Shown: piece after piece, positions 7,611 to 16,947 of the stretch
How positions within the stretch are numbered: the stretch's first letter is position 1
Layout of the letters: the number at the start of each line of letters is the position of its first letter
Assembly (NCBI GenBank): GCA_041690595.1
Contig: JAWLHB010000001.1
Location: forward strand, 186,001-250,000
Length of the DNA: 64,000 nt
Direction: 5' to 3'
Origin: Lentisphaeria bacterium
GTDB taxonomy: Bacteria > Verrucomicrobiota > Lentisphaeria > JABSQK01 > JAWLHB01
Program-made: the position numbers and the translations under genes
Notes under the pieces: generated by a model
Seen by the model: only the letters and a program-made list of their open reading frames with translations
What the model was told of the DNA's origin: nothing
Databases searched by the model: none

Positions 7611-9191
7611 TCATTTTCGGCCGTCAGCCGCCTCGCCCCCGGCTGTGTTCGGTGGTGGCGGATGGCGTTCGAGCAGGTGCCGGTACCACTCGCTGACCTG
7701 CGTCGCAAAGCGTTGGACAGTCAGGACGAAGACCTCGGTGTCGCCGTCCACTTCAAGATAGTCGCCGTCGCGCCGGAAGCTGGTTTCGACGCCGTTGACG
7801 GTCACGGTTTGAGCACGCGGGGCGAAGGCCCGCAGGCGGAAGGCCCAGAGGAACTGGAGCCGGGCATCCGGGCTGGTCATGGCTTTGACGTCGAGGGTGT
7901 CGCCGGAACAGGCCACGGTGGCATGGAACGGGCGGTGGCGCACGGTGCGGTCGCGCTCTTCATCGTTGAAATGGCCGAGCGTCAACTGGTCCCAAAGCTG
8001 GATCAGCGGTGCGCCGCCGAAGGTCAGGAAGGTGCCGTTGACCATCAGGTAGGTCAGCTCCGGCGGCGGCTGGAAGTTCTGTACCCGTCGCTGGTCGGCG
8101 GGATTCTCCCCCTCTTCGAGCGGGGTGCGGACGATGAAGAAGTTGCCGTTCGAGCCCTGGCCGCCGAGTTGCTCCTCGCGGGTGCCGATATAGTCCACCG
8201 CACCGGGCCAGGCGAGCTGATGGCGGAAACCGTAGCGTGTCGGGTGATAGCTGATCACCGGCATGGCATCCCCCTCGGCGAATGGATAGAGCATGGCGAG
8301 AAAACGGGGGTTGACCGAGCGGTTCTTGGCGCGCAGCCGCGGATGCCGGAAGCGGGCGTGCGACATCGCGTCGAACACATCCTGCGTCAGGTTGACTTCG
8401 AGGAACTCGACCGCCAGTTTCGGCGCGGGCGCGTCGTTGACCACCTGGTGCCAGCCGGGGTGTTCCGTGCCCTCGGGGGGCGTGATCGGCACGCTGACGG
8501 TCTGCGGGGTGTTGATCAATTCCGGTACTTCAAGATCGATCTTCTCGTCCGCGGTGAGCATCACCCACTTCAGCCGGGCGATTCCTGGTAGCGGGCCCTG
8601 GCCTTTGAGCGCCAGACCGAAGCGAGCCGGGGCGACGATCGCCGGCAGCATCAGGTTGCTCACCATCATGCCCGGCGCCCCGGGCCGGTCGTAAAGGTGT
8701 CGATAGCCGTCCTCCGCCCGTTCGGCGAGATAGGCGCGCAGACCCGCCCGCGCCTCGTCCGACAGCGCCTCGAAGCCGATGTCGTACACCAGCGGCCACT
8801 CGAAGCGCGGCGTCCGCACCCGGGGATTGGTGGGATGCTGGTCGTCCAAGTGGTTTTGGGCCACCATCTCTTCGACCGCCATCTGCAGGCGCTCGGCATA
8901 TCGCTCGTCCTCCGTCACCCGCCAGACGAAAGCCAGCGCCACCAGCGGATCCACGCGGAACGGCGCGATATCGTCGGCAGTCAGCGCCTGATCCGCTTGG
9001 CGCCGGAGAATCCCAAAAGCGATCTTTGGCGTGCCGTCGCGCACCGTCTTGCGAATTGCCGGTAATTCCTCTGGGGAGAACAGCAGGAACGGGCGGGCCG
9101 GGTTGGCCGCGCCGATCGAAACCACCATGCACACGCCCAGAAGCACCAGCCGGTAGAGCCGCAAAGGCTTTCTCGTTAACGGCACAGCCAT
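7611..9191 (-). CDS. Secreted heparinase II/III-like paralog missing its central catalytic region (526 aa; in-frame deletion, possibly non-functional)
   Basis: Signal peptide; RPFLLFSPEEL, LAFVWRVTEDERY and FGLALKGQG match the paralog's helical domain, then it jumps to GIARLKWV...PAPKL...HPRL...LYPF, matching the paralog's C-terminus. Start MAVPL at 9191 after GGAGAGG. Confidence 0.7.
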   Translation of the reverse strand: MAVPLTRKPLRLYRLVLLGVCMVVSIGAANPARPFLLFSPEELPAIRKTVRDGTPKIAFGILRRQADQALTADDIAPFRVDPLVALAFVWRVTEDERYAERLQMAVEEMVAQNHLDDQHPTNPRVRTPRFEWPLVYDIGFEALSDEARAGLRAYLAERAEDGYRHLYDRPGAPGMMVSNLMLPAIVAPARFGLALKGQGPLPGIARLKWVMLTADEKIDLEVPELINTPQTVSVPITPPEGTEHPGWHQVVNDAPAPKLAVEFLEVNLTQDVFDAMSHARFRHPRLRAKNRSVNPRFLAMLYPFAEGDAMPVISYHPTRYGFRHQLAWPGAVDYIGTREEQLGGQGSNGNFFIVRTPLEEGENPADQRRVQNFQPPPELTYLMVNGTFLTFGGAPLIQLWDQLTLGHFNDEERDRTVRHRPFHATVACSGDTLDVKAMTSPDARLQFLWAFRLRAFAPRAQTVTVNGVETSFRRDGDYLEVDGDTEVFVLTVQRFATQVSEWYRHLLERHPPPPNTAGGEAADGRK

Positions 9192-9349
9192 TGTCTCGCC
9201 TCTCCAGGTCATGTCAGTGGGGAACGGTGCCTTGAACGCGCTCGGATACATGAAGTGATGGACTTCTCCGTGATCAGCGCAATAGAACAGGTTAACTCGG
9301 CGGAAGATTGCCATGGGTCGGGCATTGGGGCTGTTGCGCTAATCGAGGC

Positions 9350-10060
9350 TCAGTCGAAGGCGTTGAAGAACTGCGGATCATGGAGGTGTACGCGGTTGGT
9401 ACCTGGCGCGTAGGGCGCATGTTTGAACTCGACGTGATTGTCGAACAGCAGGATGTTCGTGCCGCCTAGATGCCGCCAGCCTCCGCCCCACTGAAGATGG
9501 TATCCCATGGACACATCGGAGTAATAGTGGCCATGCAGAGGCGCCGCCTGTCCCCACCCGTCATGCGTCCAATACTTCGTGCTGGGCGCCTCGACTTCGA
9601 TCAAACGACCGGCGGCGGTGGGAGCGAGGGCAATCGGGACGACCTCGCCGCTGCTGTCGGTGCTGTACACGGCCACCGAGTTCATCACGTAGTTGGTGCC
9701 ATGGAACCAACGGGTGAACCCGAAATTATCGAACGTGTCTGGCGTCTTCTGCGTCGACGGGCATTCGAACAGGGCGGTTCCTCCGTATCCCCCGTCATAC
9801 AAGGCCCAACTCCACTTGTGATACCACGGCTGATTCAATTGGAAGGCGAGCACCATGTACCCATCCGATTCATCGATGTATTGGATGTTGGCCAGCCCGA
9901 TCTGTTTCAGATTGTTAACGCAGGAAATCTGTTTCGCCTTCTCTCGAGCCTTGCTCAACGCTGGCAAAAGCATCGACGCCAGAATGGCGATTATCGCCAC
10001 GACGACGAGCAGCTCGATCAGGGTAAACGAATTCCGCTTGAATTTGCGGTTCATATTCAT
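9350..10060 (-). CDS. Prepilin-type N-terminal cleavage/methylation protein (DUF1559-like, H-X9-DG-type C-terminal motif), 236 aa
   Basis: [74 protein letters not shown] before ATG 10060. Confidence 0.92.
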   Translation of the reverse strand: MNMNRKFKRNSFTLIELLVVVAIIAILASMLLPALSKAREKAKQISCVNNLKQIGLANIQYIDESDGYMVLAFQLNQPWYHKWSWALYDGGYGGTALFECPSTQKTPDTFDNFGFTRWFHGTNYVMNSVAVYSTDSSGEVVPIALAPTAAGRLIEVEAPSTKYWTHDGWGQAAPLHGHYYSDVSMGYHLQWGGGWRHLGGTNILLFDNHVEFKHAPYAPGTNRVHLHDPQFFNAFD

Positions 10061-10085
10061 GGTGTTGGTCTCCTTTGCATGCAGG

Positions 10086-12839
10086 CTATGATTGGTCGAG
10101 TGGGGTCGCTGGAAAGACTTCAGTGATGGTCGTTTTCTCCTCAGCTTTGGCTGGCTTTTCGAGGATGATGACAAACTCGCGCAAGGCGTGGGGCGGCAGA
10201 CGGCCGGCAACGGTCTGAGCGCTGGTCTGCAAATGGGCAATCGACATCTCGCTGGTGACTTCGAGTGCGGTCACCGGCCAGGGCAAGGTGAGTTCGAAGT
10301 TCTCCGCCTTGTCGCCAAGGTTGACCAGGCGGAGAACGACGTGGCTCTCGCGTCGCTCCATGGCGGCGAGACAGATGCCGTCGCCAGTCAACTGGAAGTC
10401 ACGGATCACCGGGGCGTTGGTGCCTTGGAGGGGAAAAAGCGACTCCAAGAGCTGTTCGTGGCAATGCTTGCGGTCGAATTGCGCGTCGGCACAGAAAAGC
10501 AGGCTCCAGGAGCAGGCGATGTCGCCTTTTGGGCAGATGAAGTCGAAGCGCTCATGCGAGTCGTCGTAGTCGACGCCCCCGGCTCCGCGGCCGATCTTCT
10601 CCCAATACGAGCCCTTCGGCATCCGGTAGTTCTGGGTCATCGGATGAATGATCGTGCTGCCAAGGCTCAGGCCAAGGGTCTCGACCTGCTCGTGCCGTGG
10701 CCTCCGGCGGAAGAAATGGCCATGGCCATCGGTGAGCATGGCCAAAGAGCCGGCAGGCGATTCGGCAATGCCGGTGAAGATGCCGAGGAACGGCGCCATG
10801 CCTGCATACAGATCGCGGAACCGCCCATTATTCCATGAACGATCGGAGTCCTGTGCCGTGGTGAACCCGTATGGCTTGTCGCTGCTGTACGCAGTGCGCT
10901 GAGGAATGGTCTGGTGCTCGACGGTAAAGGCGGGTACATAGGGGCGCTCGCAATAGCTGCCCAGGTAGGAGCCAACCTCCGGCGGCAGCGGCGGCGTCTG
11001 CATGCCTTCGTAGACTTGGTCGTCGTAATGTCGGAGCAAGACGCTGTCGACCCGCTCGTTGTTCTGATCGAGGGAGACAGTCAGCGTGGCCGTACACGTG
11101 CTGAAGCGGCCCCGGAACTCGATCGTCGCCCGGGCCCCTTGCTCCCTAACGTGGACGTCCTCCACGACAAAGGGGTCAAGCGCCCATTCGAGCACTTTAC
11201 AGCCGTGCCAGTACTGCAGCTCGGCAAACCGCCCATTGAGCCGAAGGACCGCGCCGCGCAGCTTGAACCCTTCGTCGGCGATCGCGTGCAGAACGATCCG
11301 GTTTTTCCCCTTGCGCAACTGTAGGTAGGCGGTCTGCGAATAGCCGTGCTCCTGGTTACCCGACGGCAGCCCTCCGCCCCAATGTGCGTTGGTAACTCGC
11401 ACCCAATCGTCGCCATTAGCCGCGACGGCCACCGCGAGACCGCGCACGACATCGAGGAAGAGCGGATAGGCGCCATCGGCAGGCACGTCGACCTCGGTCT
11501 CGAGCCGGATGCTGCCGCTGAACGGCTGTTCCCAGATGTTCATGGCACGCAACAGGAACTCGCCTTGCGCCGGGCGGTTGATCCAATGCCGCACCTGATT
11601 GGCCTGGCCCCGATAGAGAACGGCGCCCGCACGGTCAAACACAGCCAGTACCTCGCCCATCGGGCTTAGCTCCACTCGGATACGGTTGTTCTCCAACATG
11701 GATGGCGTGGCGCGGACGACATCATCTGCCACAGTCGCTACCGACACGGTTGAAGCTGGCGCAACGTCGGTGCAGGCGAGGTAGGTGTCGCCGGAGCGAA
11801 TGACGCCAGAATGTCGGTGCGGCAGGGGATTGAAGGCGTGAGACGGGGTACAACTCGCGGGAGCGAGTGACAGACGTTGGCGGACCTCTGTTTCCAGTTC
11901 GCGGGCCAGGGGCAGGTAGTGGGCATCGACATCGGCGAGCAGCCACTGCAGGTGGCAATCCTGGAGGACGAGGCTGCGCTTCCAGTAGTCGTCGAGATCT
12001 GTTGCATCGCCGCGCAACACTTGGTTGAACGCCAATACGCCCAGTGCCAGGTCGGCACGGTGCAAGGCGGCCTGCTGCTGCATGACCAGTGGCGCGCCGC
12101 CGTACCAGCCTTTGGTGCGGACGGCCTGGGAGGAGACCACGGGCAATGTCGGGTCGGTCAGTAGTGCCTCGACCTCGGCCGCCGTGGCGCAGGCCAGCTC
12201 GCCGAATCGCTCGCGCAATTCGTTCATGTGCACGGGCAGGTGCGGTGCCTCGGTACCGGTGTAGAGCAGGTCCGTGCCGTTAGCCGGCTGTCCCAGCATG
12301 GGCAGGCGGCTGCCGTCAGGAGACTCGATAATGGCGAGGTTCTTGCCACAGATATGGGTGAAGCCAGCCAAGATCCCGATCTGCGGCACCATCGTGGCGT
12401 TCCAGTCAAGCTGAAAGGGACCGTCATGGACGAAAAAGCCCTCTGGTGCCATGGCGAAGTGATCAGCTGCAAGCTCATGGCTGAGGCGCAGTGCCTTGAG
12501 TACGGCTTCGCCGACCATCCCCTCGACCACCGCCCCCGAATAGGGGTAGGCGGCGTAGACCAGTTGCCCACGCCGGACGGCAGCCCTGAACCGTTCGAGC
12601 TGCTCTGGTCGCATCGGCCCATCCGCCTTGCCCGGTTCCGGACTGGTGGTGGTAATACGGCGAACCGCCCCAGCCTGGCCGATGTCCAGCAACCAACCCG
12701 GCTGGGTGAAAAAGAAGCGTTCGCCGCGCTCTTGGCGGGCTTCGAGGATGTCCATGTAGAGGTCAAGTTGGCGCCGCCGGTTGGCCTGCCCGACCCCCGG
12801 CGTGATCCAGCCCCAATGAATGTCGATCAGCTTCATCAT
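10086..12839 (-). CDS. Divergent GH38 (alpha-mannosidase)-like glycoside hydrolase, 917 aa
   Basis: [51 protein letters not shown] match GH38 landmarks also seen in 19772-22825. The N-terminal HxD motif is not canonical. Confidence 0.6.
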   Translation of the reverse strand: MMKLIDIHWGWITPGVGQANRRRQLDLYMDILEARQERGERFFFTQPGWLLDIGQAGAVRRITTTSPEPGKADGPMRPEQLERFRAAVRRGQLVYAAYPYSGAVVEGMVGEAVLKALRLSHELAADHFAMAPEGFFVHDGPFQLDWNATMVPQIGILAGFTHICGKNLAIIESPDGSRLPMLGQPANGTDLLYTGTEAPHLPVHMNELRERFGELACATAAEVEALLTDPTLPVVSSQAVRTKGWYGGAPLVMQQQAALHRADLALGVLAFNQVLRGDATDLDDYWKRSLVLQDCHLQWLLADVDAHYLPLARELETEVRQRLSLAPASCTPSHAFNPLPHRHSGVIRSGDTYLACTDVAPASTVSVATVADDVVRATPSMLENNRIRVELSPMGEVLAVFDRAGAVLYRGQANQVRHWINRPAQGEFLLRAMNIWEQPFSGSIRLETEVDVPADGAYPLFLDVVRGLAVAVAANGDDWVRVTNAHWGGGLPSGNQEHGYSQTAYLQLRKGKNRIVLHAIADEGFKLRGAVLRLNGRFAELQYWHGCKVLEWALDPFVVEDVHVREQGARATIEFRGRFSTCTATLTVSLDQNNERVDSVLLRHYDDQVYEGMQTPPLPPEVGSYLGSYCERPYVPAFTVEHQTIPQRTAYSSDKPYGFTTAQDSDRSWNNGRFRDLYAGMAPFLGIFTGIAESPAGSLAMLTDGHGHFFRRRPRHEQVETLGLSLGSTIIHPMTQNYRMPKGSYWEKIGRGAGGVDYDDSHERFDFICPKGDIACSWSLLFCADAQFDRKHCHEQLLESLFPLQGTNAPVIRDFQLTGDGICLAAMERRESHVVLRLVNLGDKAENFELTLPWPVTALEVTSEMSIAHLQTSAQTVAGRLPPHALREFVIILEKPAKAEEKTTITEVFPATPLDQS

Positions 12840-14755
12840 GCCGTCACCTCCAGAAAGACCGGGCTGGCGTAGATGAGCCCGCCATCACGCTGGCGGGCCC
12901 GGACGTAGAAATAGGTGCCCGAACAGGCCGGGCCCAACGGAATCTCGACGTCCACATCCCATTCGGCGAACGATTGCTGCCAGACGACCTCGCCAGCCGA
13001 AACGACTTCGACGGTTTGCAGGCTGTCCTGCGCCGACAATTCCAACCGAGCAGCGAGTGCAGCGCCGGCAGCCACCCTCAGTTCCCCTCCCATCAACACC
13101 CCGTTGATCTCGAAGCGAACAATGGCCCGCGTGTTCCAGATAGCCCAGGTGTGACGGGCGTACAGCGCGTCGAAGACGGCTTGGCGCTTGATGCCCTCCG
13201 TCCAGATGCCGGTCAGGATAACCGAGTGCATCGGCCCGTTGCCACCGAGGAGGTTTGCTTCGGCCGGTTCCCAGGCGCGGCCGGGCCAGGCCATGTGATT
13301 GTCAGTGCCACCGGTGAATCCCACCTTGTGCCCGCGCGCGAGCGCATCTTGGACCGAGGCTCGATTGTGCTGATGCCAGCCCATCCATTGATCGGTGTAG
13401 TCGTTGCGTTCCTGGTTGCCGCGCACCTGCATGATCTCGACCATCCGCAGGGCCGGTTCCGGCTCTGCCCACGGATAGGGATGCCAGACCGGCACATGGC
13501 CATCAGGCGTCCGGCTCTCGGAGACGGCATTGGTATGGTGGGGAATGCACAGGTAGTTCGATTCCTGGCTGTAGTGCCCGCGTGCGTCATCATGCACAGA
13601 TGCTCGCGCTGCCATCGCTTCGGCATAGTTGCCGTGGCAGCACATGGGGTGGTTGGCATCGGTGAAGTAATAGTTCTCGTGCCCCCGCTTGGTGCTGCGC
13701 TCCCACCCATAGAAGGTCGCAAAGTAACCGGGCTGCTCGAAAGCGTCGAGCGCGTTGACGCTCTGCTTCCAGGCTTGCACGTCGGGGCTGTGATCACTCG
13801 GCGCGGCGAAATCCAGATTCATGGCATCCCGCGCATTGCCCAAGGCCGTCTCGATGCAACCTTGGCCATCCCCCGAGAAATCGGTGTGCCAGTGGAACTC
13901 GCCGAATGCTGGCAGCAAGCGTTGGGGGCCATGCTCCCACACTGGATTGCCCGTCACCACAAGCCGGTCGCCATCCCGAGTGGCGTTCGCGATGTTTTCA
14001 TCCGCCGCCAGCTGAGCCATGGGAATGGCGACACGCAAGCGCGAGACTCCCTGCGGCGAATCAAGCTCCATGGTCAGCGGGCCTTCCAGGCCTCGTGCCT
14101 GTGAGGTGCCATTCCACATCAGTTCACAGAAAACGGGTGCCTTGAAACGTGAGGGATTGCCAAATCGGTCCAACGGAGACACGACGGCTCTTACGGTGCC
14201 TTCTGGCCCAGCCGTCGGGCGGCACCACACACCGAGCCGTTCCACTGCTGCGCCGGTCACGGACACGACGGTTGACGACCCGACTTCTCGCGCGAAAGCA
14301 TACTCTTTGGTCTCGCCCCCGCTGCGCAACTCCTTGATCCAAAGTGACAGCAGCAGCGGCACGGTGTCGATGTAAGGAGCAATCAGCGTCAGACGAATTG
14401 TCAGCGCCTCGCCCTTCACCGCCCCCCTCGGCAGGCCGGCGGTGAAGACGACGCGGTCCGGATTCTCATGCATGTCCCGCAGGTGCGGATAGGTGCGCCA
14501 ACGCCAGGTGACGTCGGCGCGATCCATCTCCGCATGCACATATTTCCAGAAGTAGTAGCAGCGCATGCGATCCACGCGGAGCTGAAGTTCGGTGCCGCTC
14601 GTATAGGTCTTTTCAGGTAACCATTCGAACTCGACCGTCTGATGGGCGTGGAGTGTGCAAGGCAGAGGCTCGTCGCCGGTTCTGTGCAAAGCCATGATCA
14701 ATCTCTTGTTTGTAAACTCAAGCTGAACATTCGTGCCGTCGGCCCGTTTGCGCAT
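12836..14755 (-). CDS. PHP-fold metallohydrolase (DUF3604 / CehA-McbA-like)
   Basis: GEFHWHTDFSGDG, PSDH, GWE, GHEN, IPHH, GFTGGTDNH, YFYVRARQ...ASPVF. Confidence 0.8.
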   Translation of the reverse strand: MRKRADGTNVQLEFTNKRLIMALHRTGDEPLPCTLHAHQTVEFEWLPEKTYTSGTELQLRVDRMRCYYFWKYVHAEMDRADVTWRWRTYPHLRDMHENPDRVVFTAGLPRGAVKGEALTIRLTLIAPYIDTVPLLLSLWIKELRSGGETKEYAFAREVGSSTVVSVTGAAVERLGVWCRPTAGPEGTVRAVVSPLDRFGNPSRFKAPVFCELMWNGTSQARGLEGPLTMELDSPQGVSRLRVAIPMAQLAADENIANATRDGDRLVVTGNPVWEHGPQRLLPAFGEFHWHTDFSGDGQGCIETALGNARDAMNLDFAAPSDHSPDVQAWKQSVNALDAFEQPGYFATFYGWERSTKRGHENYYFTDANHPMCCHGNYAEAMAARASVHDDARGHYSQESNYLCIPHHTNAVSESRTPDGHVPVWHPYPWAEPEPALRMVEIMQVRGNQERNDYTDQWMGWHQHNRASVQDALARGHKVGFTGGTDNHMAWPGRAWEPAEANLLGGNGPMHSVILTGIWTEGIKRQAVFDALYARHTWAIWNTRAIVRFEINGVLMGGELRVAAGAALAARLELSAQDSLQTVEVVSAGEVVWQQSFAEWDVDVEIPLGPACSGTYFYVRARQRDGGLIYASPVFLEVTA

Positions 14756-14785
14756 GATGCGCGGCGGTCGTATCGTCTGTGGCGC

Positions 14786-15880
14786 TTAAACAGATAAGGC
14801 GGCGGATACAGCTTCATCCCATGCATGATCGTTTACGGATTCGGGTTTTCTACGTATTGACGAGCCGCGAACCAGCAGCTCGGGCTCGATGAGCTTATGC
14901 AGGGGCCGTGGATCCGGTGTGCCGTGGATCATCGCCATCAGTCGTTCGACGGCCAGTTGCCCGATCCGCTGCGGCTTCTGATCGACCGTGGTCAATGGTG
15001 GAGTGGTGTACTGCCCGGCTTCCTGATTGTTGTAGCCGACGACGGCAAGATCGTCCGGAATCGCCTGGCCCACTTCGCGCGCAGCCCGCATGACGCCCAA
15101 GGCGTTGAAATCGGAGGGCAGGAAGACCGCCGTTACGTCCGTGTTCTTCAGCAAGTCGAGCCCCAGCTTATGCCCTTGATCCACGGCAGATCCAGCCTCG
15201 ATGATTCTGATCAGCTTGTCATCAACCGCAATACCCGCCTCCGTCAGCGCGCGACAGTAACCTTCGAAACGCGCCCGCATGCCGCCGCACAGCGACGCTT
15301 CCGGCAGATGCATGGTTGCAATGCGCCGGTGACCATTCTCGATCAGGTGTTGGACCGCAAGGTAGGAGCCCAGCGTATCATCCGACTGCACGGACGGTAT
15401 ATCCATCTCCTGCAGATAGGCATCGACAAAGACCGTCTTCATGCCCGCCTCGAAAATGGGCCGGTAGAGCGATGCTTGGTCGAATTTTGGTGTGACGATC
15501 AGACCATCCACTCGCCGTTGGCCAAGCATCGTCAGGTTCTCCGCGGTCACCCCATTGCTGTTTTGCGTCTGACACATGACCGCGTGGTACCCGCGTTCCC
15601 TCAGGGCACGCTCGATACTGTCGGCAATCTGCGGAAAGAAGGTCGACTGAAACGACGGGATCATGACTCCAATGACGTTGCTCTGCCGGGTTCGCACGGC
15701 CTTCATGAGAAGATTGGGCTGATAATTGAGCCGTTCTGCTACCGCAAGCACACGGTCTCGAGTGGCATCCGTCATGAGCCCGGCGCGACCATTCACCGCG
15801 TGGCTGACCGTCGCCACCGACACGCCCGCGGCAGCAGCAACATCACGCATTGTGGATGGATGTGATTCCTGGGCTCTCAT
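14786..15880 (-). CDS. LacI-family transcriptional regulator
   Basis: TMRDVAAAAGVSVATVSHAVN helix-turn-helix, YQPN, RRVDGLI, PPLTTVDQ. Confidence 0.96.
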   Translation of the reverse strand: MRAQESHPSTMRDVAAAAGVSVATVSHAVNGRAGLMTDATRDRVLAVAERLNYQPNLLMKAVRTRQSNVIGVMIPSFQSTFFPQIADSIERALRERGYHAVMCQTQNSNGVTAENLTMLGQRRVDGLIVTPKFDQASLYRPIFEAGMKTVFVDAYLQEMDIPSVQSDDTLGSYLAVQHLIENGHRRIATMHLPEASLCGGMRARFEGYCRALTEAGIAVDDKLIRIIEAGSAVDQGHKLGLDLLKNTDVTAVFLPSDFNALGVMRAAREVGQAIPDDLAVVGYNNQEAGQYTTPPLTTVDQKPQRIGQLAVERLMAMIHGTPDPRPLHKLIEPELLVRGSSIRRKPESVNDHAWDEAVSAALSV

Positions 15881-15907
15881 CTTGTGCGGTCACCCTCAGT
15901 ACGAATC

Positions 15908-15955
15908 TCAATGGGTTCACTTAACTGTTTTAGTCTTCTTCGGCGTCTTTGTCAA
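15908..15955 (-). promoter_or_regulatory. Sigma70-type promoter for the LacI operon with a possible LacI operator just downstream
   Basis: Minus strand TTGACA (15955-15950)-N17-TAAAAC (15932-15927); imperfect palindrome TCAATGGGTTCA at 15908-15919. Confidence 0.55.
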
Positions 15956-16116
15956 GCCGACTCTTCGAAAAATATGCCCCTGGCGCACCTTGTGGAGGGC
16001 CGGTTCGGCGTTCGATCGTTACGCTTCCACACCCTGCAGGCAGTCGAGCCACCCGCAGATCGGCGTTCACCCCGTGCCGCCCAAGCTGTCCATGGCAGAT
16101 TTTCCCGCGCTCATTC

Positions 16117-16857
16117 TTACGCCCCGCGCGGCCCGAGGGTACGGCCTCCGTCAACCAGATAGTCAACGCCAGTGATGAAAGAGGCTTCGTCCGACGCCAG
16201 GAACGCAATGACCGCGGCGAATTCCTCGGGTTTCCCTTTACGCCCCAGGAACGTCCCGTTGCACGGCACCAGCGGTTCGCTTTCGCCGGCCACCAAGCCG
16301 GGCGAAACGCAGTTGACATTGATCAGCGACGGGCCCACTTCCATCGCCAACGACTTGGTGAAGGAAACCAGGGCGCCTTTGCTTGCCGCATATACGGCCA
16401 GATTTGGAATGCCCACGCTGGCGGCGATCGAGGTGACATTGACGATCTTGCCGTACTGGCGAAGCGTCATGTGCTCAAGCACGGCATGGGTGCAATAAAG
16501 GGCGCCTTTGATGTTTACGTCGAGGATCCATTCCCAATCGCCGACGGAAATGTCCTTGAACCGGCTCTGTTTGTGCCAGCCGACGCCCGCGTTGTTGACC
16601 AGAATGTCGATCTGGCCAAATGTGGCCAGCGCCTCGCCTACCAAAGTCTTAACCTCATCGTTGCTGGCGATGTTCCCAACCAGGGGCAACGCGGTTCCGC
16701 CAACATCGCGAATGGCGAGGGCGACCTCTTCAAGCTTCTCCCGGTCAATATCAACGATGGCGAGCTTGGCGCCTTCCCGGGCAAAGCGCAGCGCCGTCGC
16801 TTTGCCAATGCCATTGGCGGCACCGGTCACGATCGCAGTCTTGTCTTGGAATCTCAT
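16117..16857 (-). CDS. SDR family NAD(P)-dependent oxidoreductase
   Basis: TGAANGIG, NNAG, YAASK, VNCVSPG, VDGG. Confidence 0.95.
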   Translation of the reverse strand: MRFQDKTAIVTGAANGIGKATALRFAREGAKLAIVDIDREKLEEVALAIRDVGGTALPLVGNIASNDEVKTLVGEALATFGQIDILVNNAGVGWHKQSRFKDISVGDWEWILDVNIKGALYCTHAVLEHMTLRQYGKIVNVTSIAASVGIPNLAVYAASKGALVSFTKSLAMEVGPSLINVNCVSPGLVAGESEPLVPCNGTFLGRKGKPEEFAAVIAFLASDEASFITGVDYLVDGGRTLGPRGA

Positions 16858-16947
16858 GATGACATCCGACGGTTCATGTTTTGGTTCGATGACTGTTGGC
16901 GCGCCGCCGCGGGAGCGCTCGCCGCGCTCCTGCGCGCTTCGAGGATC

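Noticed and set aside
7099..7614. 171-aa ORF starting in ATGA overlap with the 526-aa gene
   Set aside because: Mostly overlaps the lyase gene out of frame and has no recognisable motif. Its first codons could be another remnant but this is unsupported.
2145..8600. G(C/G)GCCC hexamer near three deletion junctions as a recombination signal
   Set aside because: Short GC-rich motif expected often by chance, absent at the 1614 junction, and exact breakpoints cannot be fixed without an intact ortholog.
16898..16937. GC-rich hairpin (GGAGCGC/GCGCTCC) between the URO-D and SDR genes
   Set aside because: No U-tract and no second copy noticed, so it cannot be called a terminator or REP.
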